Shown: positions 1 through 9,894 of the stretch, one piece after another
Layout of the letters: every line of letters begins with the position of its first letter
Numbering within the stretch: position 1 is the stretch's first letter
Assembly: GCA_965238005.1 (NCBI GenBank)
Contig: OZ250165.1
Location: 1,312,001 to 1,376,000, forward strand
Direction of reading: 5' to 3'
Source: Longimicrobiales bacterium
Lineage (GTDB): Bacteria > Gemmatimonadota > Gemmatimonadetes > Longimicrobiales > Gaopeijiaceae
DNA length: 64,000 bases
Translations under genes and position numbers: made by a program
Notes under the pieces: generated by a model
Database searches by the model: none
Seen by the model: only the letters and a program-made list of their open reading frames with translations
What the model was told of the DNA's origin: nothing

Positions 1-653
1 GCGGGCTCTTCCTGGCCCGGCTTCGCCGTCTCGATGGCGATGGCGATGGCAGTGGCGATGTCGATGACGATATCGACGCGGGGGGGGCGGCCGGACCAGC
101 ACTTCCGGTGAGTGCCGCCGAGGAGCTTCCGGGCTGGAGCCCGGTCCCGGTGGCGTTCCCCGATGGGAGGACCGATCCCGAGGCGGCGGCCCGCGCCATA
201 GAAGAGGGGCTCGACAGGCTCAGGTCCTTCTTCGGCGTGGGGGAAGGTGCGATGAAGGATCTCCAATGGATGGCCAGGGGGGATGACCTGTGGGTGCACC
301 GCTGTAGGAGTTGGCCCCTGGACGTATGGGGCGAGTCCGACCGGTGGCGCGTCGTGTCCGTCGGCCTCCGAGCCATGGTGCCGGACTACAGGGACAGACC
401 CAGGCCGACGAACGACCTTCTACGACTCCTCGAAGGGGCCGTGGCACAAAAGCTCGTCTCCCTTTCGCGGGACGAGTGGAAGACGCTCCTCGGTGACGAG
501 GAAGTCGAGGTGACCGGTGTCGAGCCGGGCTTCGTGCCCCTGGGGCTCGATGGCCACGTGGCGGGGCGGGGGCTGGTTCGGGGAGGGCGCGTTCGTCACG
601 AGATACCGAAGGTCCAGGCCCGTTGGCTCGCCAAGATCCTGGAGGGTGGCTGA
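1..653 (+). CDS. 3' part of an RsmB/RsmF/NOP2-family RNA m5C methyltransferase with C-terminal accessory domain (starts before the window)
   Basis: Frame is open from position 3: GLFLARLRR resembles the family's G(F/L)F(I/L)A.L.K end-of-core motif and runs in frame into the 108..653 ORF. Confidence 0.6.
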   Translation, partial: GLFLARLRRLDGDGDGSGDVDDDIDAGGAAGPALPVSAAEELPGWSPVPVAFPDGRTDPEAAARAIEEGLDRLRSFFGVGEGAMKDLQWMARGDDLWVHRCRSWPLDVWGESDRWRVVSVGLRAMVPDYRDRPRPTNDLLRLLEGAVAQKLVSLSRDEWKTLLGDEEVEVTGVEPGFVPLGLDGHVAGRGLVRGGRVRHEIPKVQARWLAKILEGG

Positions 654-676
654 CCGGACGGCCGGCCGGGCCGTCC

Positions 677-1066
677 TCAGGGTCTGGGCGCCAGGAGGTG
701 CTGAGCGACGAAGCGGGCGTCGGAGGGAGCGAGCTGTAGATCCTGTAGGGCGCTCGGGTCGAACCAGCCGATCTCGGGGTGCTCGAGGGCGGTGGGATCA
801 CCATCGACCTCCACCTCGACGAACCGGATCAGGAACGGCGCTTCGGGATCGGAGCTCTCGAAGAGGACGCTGCCGACCGAGACGGTTCTGAGCTCGAGCT
901 CTTCGGCCAGCTCTCGCTCCAGGGCCTGGAAGTCCGTCTCGCCGTCGTGGAGTTTTCCGCCGGGGAACTCCCAGAGGCCTCCGTGACGCTTGTGCTCGGG
1001 GCGTCGACCCAGAAGAACTCGTCCACCCCTCCGGATGACCGCCGCCACGACCGGGATTTCGTCCAT
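677..1066 (-). CDS. NUDIX hydrolase, MutT/NudG-like
   Basis: WEFPGGK...GETDFQALERELAEEL NUDIX box. Confidence 0.9.
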   Translation of the reverse strand: MDEIPVVAAVIRRGGRVLLGRRPEHKRHGGLWEFPGGKLHDGETDFQALERELAEELELRTVSVGSVLFESSDPEAPFLIRFVEVEVDGDPTALEHPEIGWFDPSALQDLQLAPSDARFVAQHLLAPRP

Positions 1067-1233
1067 GGCGCACGGTAACTCCGGGGGCTCCGCCCAGCGA
1101 ATCCACGCCGCCGGGAACCTGAGTTGATCCCGGTGGTCCCCCGGACCCCGCGCGACCCCTTCGCCCAGGCGACGTGACAGGGCGTGGATGCGCGACCATA
1201 CTTCCTCAGGTCACGAGAAACGGGTCGGACGGC

Positions 1234-2343
1234 ATGGAGTACGGATCGGATCAGGCCGGCGTAGCCGGCGTGGTGGACACCTCCCACTGGCACCGCCTTG
1301 ATGATGGTCGGGTCCAGTGCGACATCTGCCCGCGGGCGTGCAAGCTCAGGCCCGGTCAGAGGGGCCTCTGCTTCGTTCGGGCGAACCATGACGGCGCCGT
1401 CGTCCTGACCACATACGGTCGCTCCAGCGGCTACTGCATCGATCCCGTCGAGAAGAAGCCGCTCAATCACTTCCTCCCGGGAACGCCGATCCTCTCCTTC
1501 GGGACCGCCGGCTGCAACCTCGCCTGCAAGTTCTGCCAGAACTGGGACATCAGTAAGTCGAGGCAGATGGACACGCTCATGGATAGGGCCTCTCCGGAGC
1601 TCATCGCCCGCGCGGCGGAGTCCCTCGGGTGCGGGGCTGTGGCATTCACCTATAACGATCCGGTCATCTTCCACGAGTATGCCATCGACGTCGCGCTGGC
1701 GTGCCGAGAGCGAGGCGTGAAGAGCGTGGCTGTGACGGCGGGCTATGTCTGCCCCGAGCCACGGGCCGAGTTCTACGCACACATGGACGCCGCCAACGTT
1801 GACCTCAAGGCCTTCACGGAGCGCTTCTATCACAAGGTCTGCGCGGCGCACTTGGAGCCGGTCCTGGAGACGTTGCTCTACCTCAGGTACGAGACCGACG
1901 TGTGGTTCGAGCTGACCACGCTCCTCATCCCCGGAGAGAACGACTCCGATGAGGAGATTGATGCCATGACCGGCTGGGTGGTGGAGCGATTGGGACCCGA
2001 CGTGCCCATGCATTTCACGGCGTTTCATCCCGACTGGAAGATGATGGATCGTCCACCGACGCCACCTTCGACCCTTCGGCGGGCACGCGGCATCGCATTG
2101 AGGAACGGCGTTCGCTACGCCTACGTCGGCAACGTGAGTGACCGGGACGGTAGCAGCACATACTGCCATGCCTGCGGGCAACGGCTCATCGAACGGGATC
2201 GGTACAGCATTCTCGGCTGGGACGTGACGGCGGGCGGGGCGTGCGGGCGATGTGGGACCCGGATCCCAGGAGTGTTCGAGGCCGGGCCGGGTCACTGGGG
2301 GACCCGCAGGAAGCTGGTCCGCCTCCAAGGCTTCGAGGCCTGA
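1234..2343 (+). CDS. amrS: AmmeMemoRadiSam system radical SAM enzyme
   Basis: CDICPRAC N-terminus, IDPVEKKPL, GCNLACKFCQNW, C-terminal CxxC pairs; start uncertain (1174 or 1234). Confidence 0.9.
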   Translation: MEYGSDQAGVAGVVDTSHWHRLDDGRVQCDICPRACKLRPGQRGLCFVRANHDGAVVLTTYGRSSGYCIDPVEKKPLNHFLPGTPILSFGTAGCNLACKFCQNWDISKSRQMDTLMDRASPELIARAAESLGCGAVAFTYNDPVIFHEYAIDVALACRERGVKSVAVTAGYVCPEPRAEFYAHMDAANVDLKAFTERFYHKVCAAHLEPVLETLLYLRYETDVWFELTTLLIPGENDSDEEIDAMTGWVVERLGPDVPMHFTAFHPDWKMMDRPPTPPSTLRRARGIALRNGVRYAYVGNVSDRDGSSTYCHACGQRLIERDRYSILGWDVTAGGACGRCGTRIPGVFEAGPGHWGTRRKLVRLQGFEA

Positions 2344-2348
2344 TCTCC

Positions 2349-3155
2349 TCAGGCCGCGAAGGCCCAGGCACCGTAGCCGACGACCCGGTGCCGGCTGCCC
2401 ACCGTGTCGCCCGAGTTCCGCAGATCCAGCGTCCGAGCCCGGAGCCCTCTTTCCCGGGCGACCTGGAGGAGTCCGATGATGGGCACGCGGCCGCAGGCAT
2501 GGTGATAGCCGATCGCGGCCGGGTCCAGCGCCTCGATGGCCTGGGCCGTGGCCTTGTCCAGCTCGCAGGCGACCGGGTAGCGCTGGTAATGGCTGAGGTC
2601 GGAGCTGATTACGACAAGCGTCTCGGGCCCGCCCCAGAGAGCGTCGAGGACCTCCGCAACACGCTCGGGCTCCGGGTCGCCGACGACCATGGGGACGATG
2701 GTGAAGTCGTCGAGCACGACCTGCAGAAACGGGAGGTGCACCTCCAGGCTGTGCTCCCCGTCGTGGGCCTTCGGGAGCATGAATACCGGGCGAAGCCCAT
2801 GAGCGACGCGGACGCCCTCCTCGTCCAGGGGCACGTCGCCGAGAGGGGTGGCGAGAGCCGAGCCTCCGGGAAGGGCGAGCCCGTGAATGGGAAGGGCGTG
2901 GCAGGGTCCCAATAGCACGACCCGCTCGACGGTGGTCCGAGCTCGTGCTACCTCCGCATAAGCGGCGGCTGCGGTGGGGCCGGAGTAGACATAGCCCGCG
3001 TGTGGTGCGATGATGGCTTTCGGTGGTGGCGCGTCGCCGTCTTGGTCCACCGGGGAAACGGACTCCAGAAGCTCCTCCACCGTGCGGCGCAGCTCGGTTG
3101 GGTCGTCCGGGTAAAAGTGCCCGGCGGCGGCCGGCTGTCGAACGTCAGGTTTCAT
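2349..3155 (-). CDS. amrB: AmmeMemoRadiSam protein B (MEMO1 family)
   Basis: AGHFYP, PHAGYVYSG, EHSLEVHLPF, SSDLSHY, VVGYGA. Confidence 0.93.
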   Translation of the reverse strand: MKPDVRQPAAAGHFYPDDPTELRRTVEELLESVSPVDQDGDAPPPKAIIAPHAGYVYSGPTAAAAYAEVARARTTVERVVLLGPCHALPIHGLALPGGSALATPLGDVPLDEEGVRVAHGLRPVFMLPKAHDGEHSLEVHLPFLQVVLDDFTIVPMVVGDPEPERVAEVLDALWGGPETLVVISSDLSHYQRYPVACELDKATAQAIEALDPAAIGYHHACGRVPIIGLLQVARERGLRARTLDLRNSGDTVGSRHRVVGYGAWAFAA

Positions 3156-3172
3156 CTCAGGGCCTCAGCATC

Positions 3173-4117
3173 ATGCTTCCTGCGTACCTCTGGCTCAGCC
3201 GCTCCGAGCTCAAGGAGCGCTCCCTCCAGGCGGTGGCGTCTCTGGCCGACTGCCGTGCTTGCCCTCGTGATTGTCGCGTCGATCGGCTGCACGGGAAGTG
3301 GTCGGCCTGTAAGACCGGACGCTACGCGGTCGTGGGCAGCGCCTTCCCCCACTTTGGAGAGGAGGACTGCCTCAGGGGTTGGAACGGCTCCGGAACGATC
3401 TTCTTCTCCCACTGCAACCTCCGCTGCGTCTTCTGCCAGAACTTCGACATCAGCCAGGGTGTGCGCCCCGGCCCCGCCCAGCCCGGACTGCCACCCGAGG
3501 AGCTGGCCTCCCTAATGTTGGGCCTCCAGAGCCACGGCTGCCACAACATCAACTTCGTCACCCCCGAGCACGTGGTTCCTCAAGTCCTCGAGGCGGTCTG
3601 CCTGGCGGTGGACGGCGGGCTTGTCCTTCCCATCGTCTACAACACCTCTGCGTACGATTCTCTCGAGAGCCTCACCTGGATGGATGGCGTGGTAGACATC
3701 TACATGCCCGACTTCAAGCTCTGGAGCCCCGAGCAGAGCCGGGAGTACCTGAAGGCGGAGGATTATCCGGAGGCCGCCAGGGCCGCCATTCGGGAGATGC
3801 ACAAGCAGGTGGGTGACCTGGTCATCGATGGCGACGGACTGGCCGAGCGAGGACTGCTGATCCGACACCTCGTCATGCCGGGGTGCCTGGACGAGACGCG
3901 CAACATCCTGGAGTGGATCGTCGAGGAGCTCGGGCCCGATACGTACGTGAACCTCATGGATCAGTACTATCCGGCCGGCAAGGTGTCAGGGGACCGCTAC
4001 GCCCAGCTCGATCGCCGCTTGCACCCCGACGAATTCCTCGAGGCGCTGGAGATCGCTGCCGAGGTCGGCCTCCGGCGCCTGGACGAGCGGAGGGCCGTGG
4101 CGTTCCAGGATCCTTGA
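3173..4117 (+). CDS. PflX-family radical SAM protein
   Basis: CRACPRDCRVDR, HFGEE, GSGTIFFSHCNLRCVFCQN, YMPDFK. Confidence 0.88.
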   Translation: MLPAYLWLSRSELKERSLQAVASLADCRACPRDCRVDRLHGKWSACKTGRYAVVGSAFPHFGEEDCLRGWNGSGTIFFSHCNLRCVFCQNFDISQGVRPGPAQPGLPPEELASLMLGLQSHGCHNINFVTPEHVVPQVLEAVCLAVDGGLVLPIVYNTSAYDSLESLTWMDGVVDIYMPDFKLWSPEQSREYLKAEDYPEAARAAIREMHKQVGDLVIDGDGLAERGLLIRHLVMPGCLDETRNILEWIVEELGPDTYVNLMDQYYPAGKVSGDRYAQLDRRLHPDEFLEALEIAAEVGLRRLDERRAVAFQDP

Positions 4118-4396
4118 CCCCCTGAAGGGCGCGGCGTAGAGTCAACTCCCCCGCAAGCAGCCTCCCCCGCGTCGCCCCCCCCGAGGGTCCTGCGGCACTG
4201 GCAGACGAGCAGCGCCGGAAGGAGGCGTGAGACCCGTGCACTACCGAAGAGTCACTTTCCGAGGCTGGAGTTGCATCTGGTTCCTTTGGCTCTCGGGCTG
4301 CGCCAGCGTCCCGAAAGAAAGCGTAGCCGTCGGCGGCGCCCCTTGACCTCTTCGGCCCGTCGTCAGAAAGTTACGGAGAACCGAGAGGCGACCCCG

Positions 4397-5125
4397 ATGA
4401 AGCCTTATCTCGCGGGCGTGCTGGCGCTGGCCGTATGCACCGCGAACCCATCGAATGCAGCGGGACAGAATCCAGATGATCCCGCGGATGCCCTCTTCCG
4501 CCAGCAGAGGGCGGAGATGGTGTCGGTCATTCGGAGCGACGGCATCGTGGACACGGAGACGCTTCGCGCCATCGGCGCCGTCCCTCGTCACGAGTTCGTT
4601 CCAGCCGAGTACCGGCCGCACGCCTACGAGAACCGTCCCCTTCCCATCGGTCACGGGCAGACGATCTCCCAGCCGTACATCGTGGCGCTCATGACGGAGA
4701 TCCTCCAGCTCTCGCCGGGTATGAAGGTCCTCGAGGTAGGAACGGGATCCGGCTACCAAACGGCCGTCTTGGCCGAGGTCGGGTGCGACGTCTACACCAT
4801 GGAGATCTTCGAGGCCCTTGCGACGCAAGCGACGGAGCGCCTTCAGCGCCTCGGTTTCGGCGACGTCACCACCCGGCATGCCGACGGGCGCTACGGATGG
4901 AGCAGACATGCTCCCTACGACGCCGTCATCGTAACGGCGGCGGGCGGCTCCATTCCGCCGGCTCTGATCGAGCAGCTCAAGGTGGGTGGCCGCATGATCA
5001 TCCCGGTGGGGAGCCTCTACGGCGTGCAGCACCTGATCCTGGTGGAGAAGGTGACCCACGACGAGGTCCGCACGCGAAACGTGCTCCCGGTGAGATTCGT
5101 ACCGATACTCAAAGGCCTCCGCTGA
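4397..5125 (+). CDS. pcm: Protein-L-isoaspartate O-methyltransferase with signal-peptide-like N-terminus
   Basis: VPRHEF, GQTISQPY, VLEVGTGSGY, APYDAVIVTA, VRFVP. Confidence 0.92.
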   Translation: MKPYLAGVLALAVCTANPSNAAGQNPDDPADALFRQQRAEMVSVIRSDGIVDTETLRAIGAVPRHEFVPAEYRPHAYENRPLPIGHGQTISQPYIVALMTEILQLSPGMKVLEVGTGSGYQTAVLAEVGCDVYTMEIFEALATQATERLQRLGFGDVTTRHADGRYGWSRHAPYDAVIVTAAGGSIPPALIEQLKVGGRMIIPVGSLYGVQHLILVEKVTHDEVRTRNVLPVRFVPILKGLR

Positions 5126-5128
5126 CCC

Positions 5129-7528
5129 GTGACCCGGCATCGGAGGTCGGTCGCTGTCGCGCTGCTCTCCGCTGCTGTCCTGGCGTACGAAGTGCTGCTG
5201 GTGCGGGTCTTCGCCATCGAGCAGTTCCACCACTTCGCCTACATGGCGGTGGGCGTCGCCATGCTGGGGTTCGGGGCCGCCGGTACGCTCGTCGCAATGG
5301 CGGGGCGCCTCCCTCTCCACAGCGCCAGCCGTTGGCTGGCCTTCTCCGCGGCGGCGGCGGCGGCGCTGATCGCAAGTCCTGCGCTGACCCACACCGTGTC
5401 CCTGGATCCGACGCAGATCGCATGGGGCCTCGGCCAGTTGCTAAGGCTCGGGCTGGTATACCTCCTCCTTGCGCTCCCCTTCGGCTTGGCGGCGGTAACG
5501 ATCCTGCTCGCGATCACGCTGGAGTCGGAGCGGCCAGGCCTCATCTACGGCGCGAGCTTCCTTGGCTCCGGGGCCGGTGCTCTCTTGGCCACGGCTGCGC
5601 TGGTCTGGTTTCTTCCGGAGCGGGCTCTGGCGGTACCTGCTGTGCTCGGGGCGATGGCCGCGGTGGTGGTCCCGCGGGTCGATTCCCGTGTGCCCGCGGG
5701 AGTGGGATGGATCGCCGTGGCAGCCTCGCTGGCCGTGCTGGTGCACCCTCTCTGGCGGCTGGATGTCACGCCCTACAAGGCACTACCTCAGGTCGAGGCC
5801 TTCCCGGATGCCCGCCGCGTCGCCGAGTACGCATCCCCCATCGGCTGGGTCGTGGCCGTGGAAGCACCCGCGTTTCGCAGTGCCCCCGGTCTCTCCCTCG
5901 GGTACCGTGGATCGCTCCCCCCGCAGACCGGGATCTTCGTGGACGGACAACTTGTCGGAGCTCTGGCAGACTGGGCAGACGACGGCGTGGACACCGGCGT
6001 TCTCGATTGGCTGCCGTCCGCTCTGCCGTACGCCTTGGGAGGACGTGAGCGCGTGCTCGTGTTGGGGGCTGGGGGAGGGACCGAGCTCTGGAATGCGGCT
6101 GTACACGGGGCTCGCGAAGTCTCGGCGGTCGAGCTCCATCCCGACGTGGCCCGACTGGCGGCGACCTCCGAGCGCATTCTCGACGCCGAAATCGAATGGG
6201 TGATCGGTGACGCCCGGGCCTTCGTGGCGCGGACGCGGGAGCGGTTCGACCTCGTCACTCTCGGCGCGGGTGGCGGATTCGGGACAACCGCCGCCGGCGT
6301 TCACGCGCTCAACGAGGACTTCCTTCACACCGTTGACGCCTATGTCGCCTATCTCGATCTACTGGGCCCCGGGGGAGTCCTGGCGGTCACCAGGTGGCTG
6401 AGCATCCCACCGCGGGAGTCGATTCGGGTCATCCTGACTGCCGCGGAGGCGTTGCGTCGTACGGCGCCCCAGGCCGTGGCGAACGGACTGGTAGTGATGC
6501 GGAGTTGGGCGACGGCGACCGTGCTGGTGAAGCGGTCTGGCTTCACCTCTACCGATGTCGCTGCCCTCGAGGAATGGACCGGGAGGAGAGCATTCGACAT
6601 CGACTGGCGCCCCGATCTCACCACTCCGGCGACCACATATCACCTGATCGACGACCCCCTGCTCTTCGAGGCTGCGGCTACGGCTACAGTCGGTCGCGAC
6701 GAGGCGACCGAGTGGGCGGCGACCTACCCATTCAACGTCGAGCCCGTCGACGACGCACGCCCGTATCCGCACCAGTTTCTCCGTGCCGGCTCCATCGGCG
6801 TGTTCCTGCGCGGCGACCGAAGCGACTGGCTCCCGTTCGCCGAGTGGGGATACATCGCCTTGCTGGCGACGCTCCTCCAAAGCGTGGTGCTCGCGGCCGG
6901 TGCCATCCTGGTGCCGGCGGCGCTGGGCGTGGGCTCGGTCGGTTCGGGCCGGTTGGTGCCGATCCTGGGGTATTTCGCGGCCATCGGCCTGGCCTATCTG
7001 GCGGCCGAGATCGCCGCCATCCAGCAGCTCAGCCTTCTCCTCGGACATCCGGTGTACGCCGTGACGGCCGTTCTGGTCGCGTTCCTCACCAGCTCTGGCT
7101 TGGGGAGCATCTGGTCGGACCGGATCGCGGTCCATCGCGGATGGATGCTGCTCCTGGGAATAGCGGCGCTGTTGTTGGTCTACTCGGGAGCACTGCTCCA
7201 CCTCGTGCATCTCCTCCAACCGCTGCCGCTGGCGGCGCGGGCGGGCTTCGGGGTGTTCGCCGTGGCGCCGTTGGGATTCCTCATGGGGGCGCCCTTTCCG
7301 GTGGGGCTGCGAGCTCTCGCCGGGGGCGACGTGCCCTGCACGGCGTGGGCGTGGGCCGCCAACGGCTTCGCCTCGGTAGTGGCCGCTCCGCTGGCCGCCC
7401 TCATCGCCGTCGAGGCAGGATCTCCGGTAGTGCTGCTGGTGGGCGGGATCTCGTACGGGATGGCTGCGGCCGTCCTCTTCCGTGGGGGGAGCATTGCCGT
7501 GGAGCCTCAGCCGATGACGGCGCGGTAG
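5129..7528 (+). CDS. Multi-TM membrane protein with central spermidine-synthase-like SAM methyltransferase domain
   Basis: N- and C-terminal TM bundles; VLVLGAGGG, VELHP, GDAR, DDARPY. Confidence 0.8.
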   Translation: MTRHRRSVAVALLSAAVLAYEVLLVRVFAIEQFHHFAYMAVGVAMLGFGAAGTLVAMAGRLPLHSASRWLAFSAAAAAALIASPALTHTVSLDPTQIAWGLGQLLRLGLVYLLLALPFGLAAVTILLAITLESERPGLIYGASFLGSGAGALLATAALVWFLPERALAVPAVLGAMAAVVVPRVDSRVPAGVGWIAVAASLAVLVHPLWRLDVTPYKALPQVEAFPDARRVAEYASPIGWVVAVEAPAFRSAPGLSLGYRGSLPPQTGIFVDGQLVGALADWADDGVDTGVLDWLPSALPYALGGRERVLVLGAGGGTELWNAAVHGAREVSAVELHPDVARLAATSERILDAEIEWVIGDARAFVARTRERFDLVTLGAGGGFGTTAAGVHALNEDFLHTVDAYVAYLDLLGPGGVLAVTRWLSIPPRESIRVILTAAEALRRTAPQAVANGLVVMRSWATATVLVKRSGFTSTDVAALEEWTGRRAFDIDWRPDLTTPATTYHLIDDPLLFEAAATATVGRDEATEWAATYPFNVEPVDDARPYPHQFLRAGSIGVFLRGDRSDWLPFAEWGYIALLATLLQSVVLAAGAILVPAALGVGSVGSGRLVPILGYFAAIGLAYLAAEIAAIQQLSLLLGHPVYAVTAVLVAFLTSSGLGSIWSDRIAVHRGWMLLLGIAALLLVYSGALLHLVHLLQPLPLAARAGFGVFAVAPLGFLMGAPFPVGLRALAGGDVPCTAWAWAANGFASVVAAPLAALIAVEAGSPVVLLVGGISYGMAAAVLFRGGSIAVEPQPMTAR

Positions 7529-7713
7529 AGCCGGTTGAGGCCAGGCCCATGATCCGCTTCACGTCGTTCTCCGAGTAGCCTCGGAACTCGAGGCCGTCCC
7601 AGACCACTGTCATCCGTGGGGCGCGGAGAAGCGCGTACCCCCGCCACCTCAGCGGTCAGGGGGGTGGCGAGAGCGGAGGCGGCCGCAGTCCTGAGGAAGG
7701 CTCTACGGTGCAT
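7507..7713 (-). pseudogene. Internally deleted Tat-signal M19 membrane dipeptidase remnant
   Basis: Tat signal HRRAFL; a shifted frame gives VVWDGL then RGYSENDVKRIMGL; first frame ends LNRLYRAVIG. Confidence 0.5.
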
Positions 7714-7722
7714 ACTGATCTC

Positions 7723-8472
7723 TCAAGGCGTGTCTGCCGAGAACCTGCCTTCCCGGACGAAATGGATGGTCTGATCCGCCACGTCACGGCGGTTCATGAT
7801 GAACGTATGGGTGGCCCCGATGACGAGGAACGCTGCAGCCCCCTCGAGGCGGGCTCGATCCACCGCCACCTTGCCGTCGTCAGGACCGGGGATGAGCCAC
7901 GAGCCGATGGGGTTCATGCTCCGATTCCCGGTGATGATCCCCAGCTCGAAGTTGGCCGGACCGAGCTGCTGTGCGATCCCTGTGCTGTCCGTTCCGAGGC
8001 GTGATCCGGTCGGCCCCAGGATCCTGCTGAGGGCGGGTGACTCGGCGACGAGATCGGCGACGAAGTCGGCGATCTCGCTCCCCTGGTTGGGAGGGGCGAG
8101 CATCACGACCCGTCCGACGTGATCCGGCGAGTACTCCGCGAGATAGAGTCGCACGAGAATGCCTCCCATGGAGTGGGTCACGAAGTGGACGCGTTCCATC
8201 CCCTGGGCACAGCACTCCTCCAACTGGCCCCTGAGGCTGGCGACCAGGCTCTCGATGGGCTCCTCGGTGGACGGGTAGCCGAAGTTCAGCACCCGGAATC
8301 CGGCGGCCTCGAGTCGCTCGACGAGGATCGCCATCGACGCGGGCGTCCGGCGGAGCCCGTGAACGACGATGACGGTCTCGGCGTCGGCGTCGGGCGGCGG
8401 TGACCAGCACCCGGCGACGAGCGCAGCGACAGCCGCGGCGGCGAGCAGAAATGGGTGCATCGTTGTCGGCAA
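7723..8472 (-). CDS. Alpha/beta hydrolase lipoprotein (lipase/esterase-like)
   Basis: LVAGC lipobox, VHGL, THSMGG, PPNQGS, DDGKV, HTF. Confidence 0.85.
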   Translation of the reverse strand: MPTTMHPFLLAAAAVAALVAGCWSPPPDADAETVIVVHGLRRTPASMAILVERLEAAGFRVLNFGYPSTEEPIESLVASLRGQLEECCAQGMERVHFVTHSMGGILVRLYLAEYSPDHVGRVVMLAPPNQGSEIADFVADLVAESPALSRILGPTGSRLGTDSTGIAQQLGPANFELGIITGNRSMNPIGSWLIPGPDDGKVAVDRARLEGAAAFLVIGATHTFIMNRRDVADQTIHFVREGRFSADTP

Positions 8473-8661
8473 GGCTCCTCCACCTCTTTGGTGCTTCCAC
8501 TACTAACGGTACGAGCATCCGCCCGCGTCGCACAGAGGCCGTGGCCCCCTTGGGGGCCCACCATTGCAGAAATGTCCGAGGCGGTGGTATGTCCCATCGG
8601 GGCGGACGCTCCTCGTACAGGAGCGATCGTTCGCTGGTTCCCCAGTCGGCAAGGAACGACC

Positions 8662-9894
8662 ATGACGACCCGCAGATCCTTTCTCCAAGGTGCGGCGGTG
8701 CTCCCACTCGGGACACTGCTCCCTCTCGAAGACGCAGGCTCACCTCTCCGGTCCATCACCAGGCAGGCTGACACCAGGCGGGCGGACCGAGACTACTTCG
8801 AGGAGCTTGGGCTCGGCTCGTTCATCAATGCGGCGGCCCCGTACTCCTCGCTATCGGGCTCGCCCATGTGGCCCGAGGTCATCGAAGCGATGGACTACGC
8901 GATGGCCAGGCGCGCCCGGATGAAGGATCTGCACGACGCCGTCGGCCAACGGATCGCCGAGATGGCGGGAAGCGACGCAGCAATGGTCACGGCCGGTGCG
9001 ACCTCCGCCATAACCCTCGGGACGGCGGCATGCCTGACCGGCACGAACGAAGATTTCATCCATCGCCTTCCCGACACGACGGGCATGAAGGACGAGGTGA
9101 TCATCCAGAAGGGCCACCGCTACAGCTACGAGCACGCCGTCCGGAACTGCGGCGTGCGACTGGTGGAGGTGGAGACGATGGGCGACGTGGAGTGGGCCAT
9201 CGGTGCGGGCACGGCCATGCTGATTTTCAACTACAGCCAGGTGGACCGCGGACTCGTCGGGGCCGAAGAGTGGGTAGAGATCGGCCGGACGCGTGGGATA
9301 CCGACCTTCTGCGACGGAGCCACCATGCTCCCACCCATCGAGAATATGTACGAGCTGGTGAGCTTCGGATTCGACCTGCTGTGCTTCTCCGGCGGGAAGG
9401 GGCTGCGGGGCCCCTACAGCGCGGGACTCCTCATGGGTCGTCCGGACCTCATTGCGGCGGCTCGCCTGAACTCGGCGCCCAACGATGACACCATCGGCCG
9501 GGGCATGAAGGTCGCCAAGGAGGAGCTCCTCGGGGCCATGGTGGCGCTCGAGGCCACCGTCGCCTTCGACTACGAGAGTGACATCAGGAAGAGGAGGGAG
9601 TGGGTCGACGCCATCTCCGGAGAGGTGGACAAGGTCCCCGGCGTGGAGACCCTGGTGCACTACCCCAAGGGCGACAATCACCAGCCCCAGCTGCGCATCA
9701 CGTGGGATGAATCTAGGATCCGGCTCACACCCGCCGAGGCGAAGCAGCGGCTCAGGGATGGGGATCCGGTCGTGGAGGTCCACTCCCTGGGCCTGACCGA
9801 CGGGCATCTGGAGCTCACGGCATGGGTCCTCGAGGCCGACGAGGTCGAGATCGTGGGCCGCCGCGTCCGTGAGGTTCTCGAGGCGGCGTCATGA
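8662..9894 (+). CDS. SelA/DgaE-like PLP-dependent enzyme with Tat signal
   Basis: TRRSFL signal; FINAA, FSGGKGLRGP (PLP Lys), IGRGMKVAKEE. Confidence 0.8.
   Translation: MTTRRSFLQGAAVLPLGTLLPLEDAGSPLRSITRQADTRRADRDYFEELGLGSFINAAAPYSSLSGSPMWPEVIEAMDYAMARRARMKDLHDAVGQRIAEMAGSDAAMVTAGATSAITLGTAACLTGTNEDFIHRLPDTTGMKDEVIIQKGHRYSYEHAVRNCGVRLVEVETMGDVEWAIGAGTAMLIFNYSQVDRGLVGAEEWVEIGRTRGIPTFCDGATMLPPIENMYELVSFGFDLLCFSGGKGLRGPYSAGLLMGRPDLIAAARLNSAPNDDTIGRGMKVAKEELLGAMVALEATVAFDYESDIRKRREWVDAISGEVDKVPGVETLVHYPKGDNHQPQLRITWDESRIRLTPAEAKQRLRDGDPVVEVHSLGLTDGHLELTAWVLEADEVEIVGRRVREVLEAAS

Noticed and set aside
829..2328. Long antisense or alternate-frame ORFs (also 39679-41220, 56679-58739 and many others)
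   Set aside because: Shadow ORFs of high-GC genes with no motifs; the opposite strand has clear family signatures
8662..9894. True selenocysteine synthase selA
   Set aside because: Tat signal and DgaE-like motifs; no selB/selC beside it
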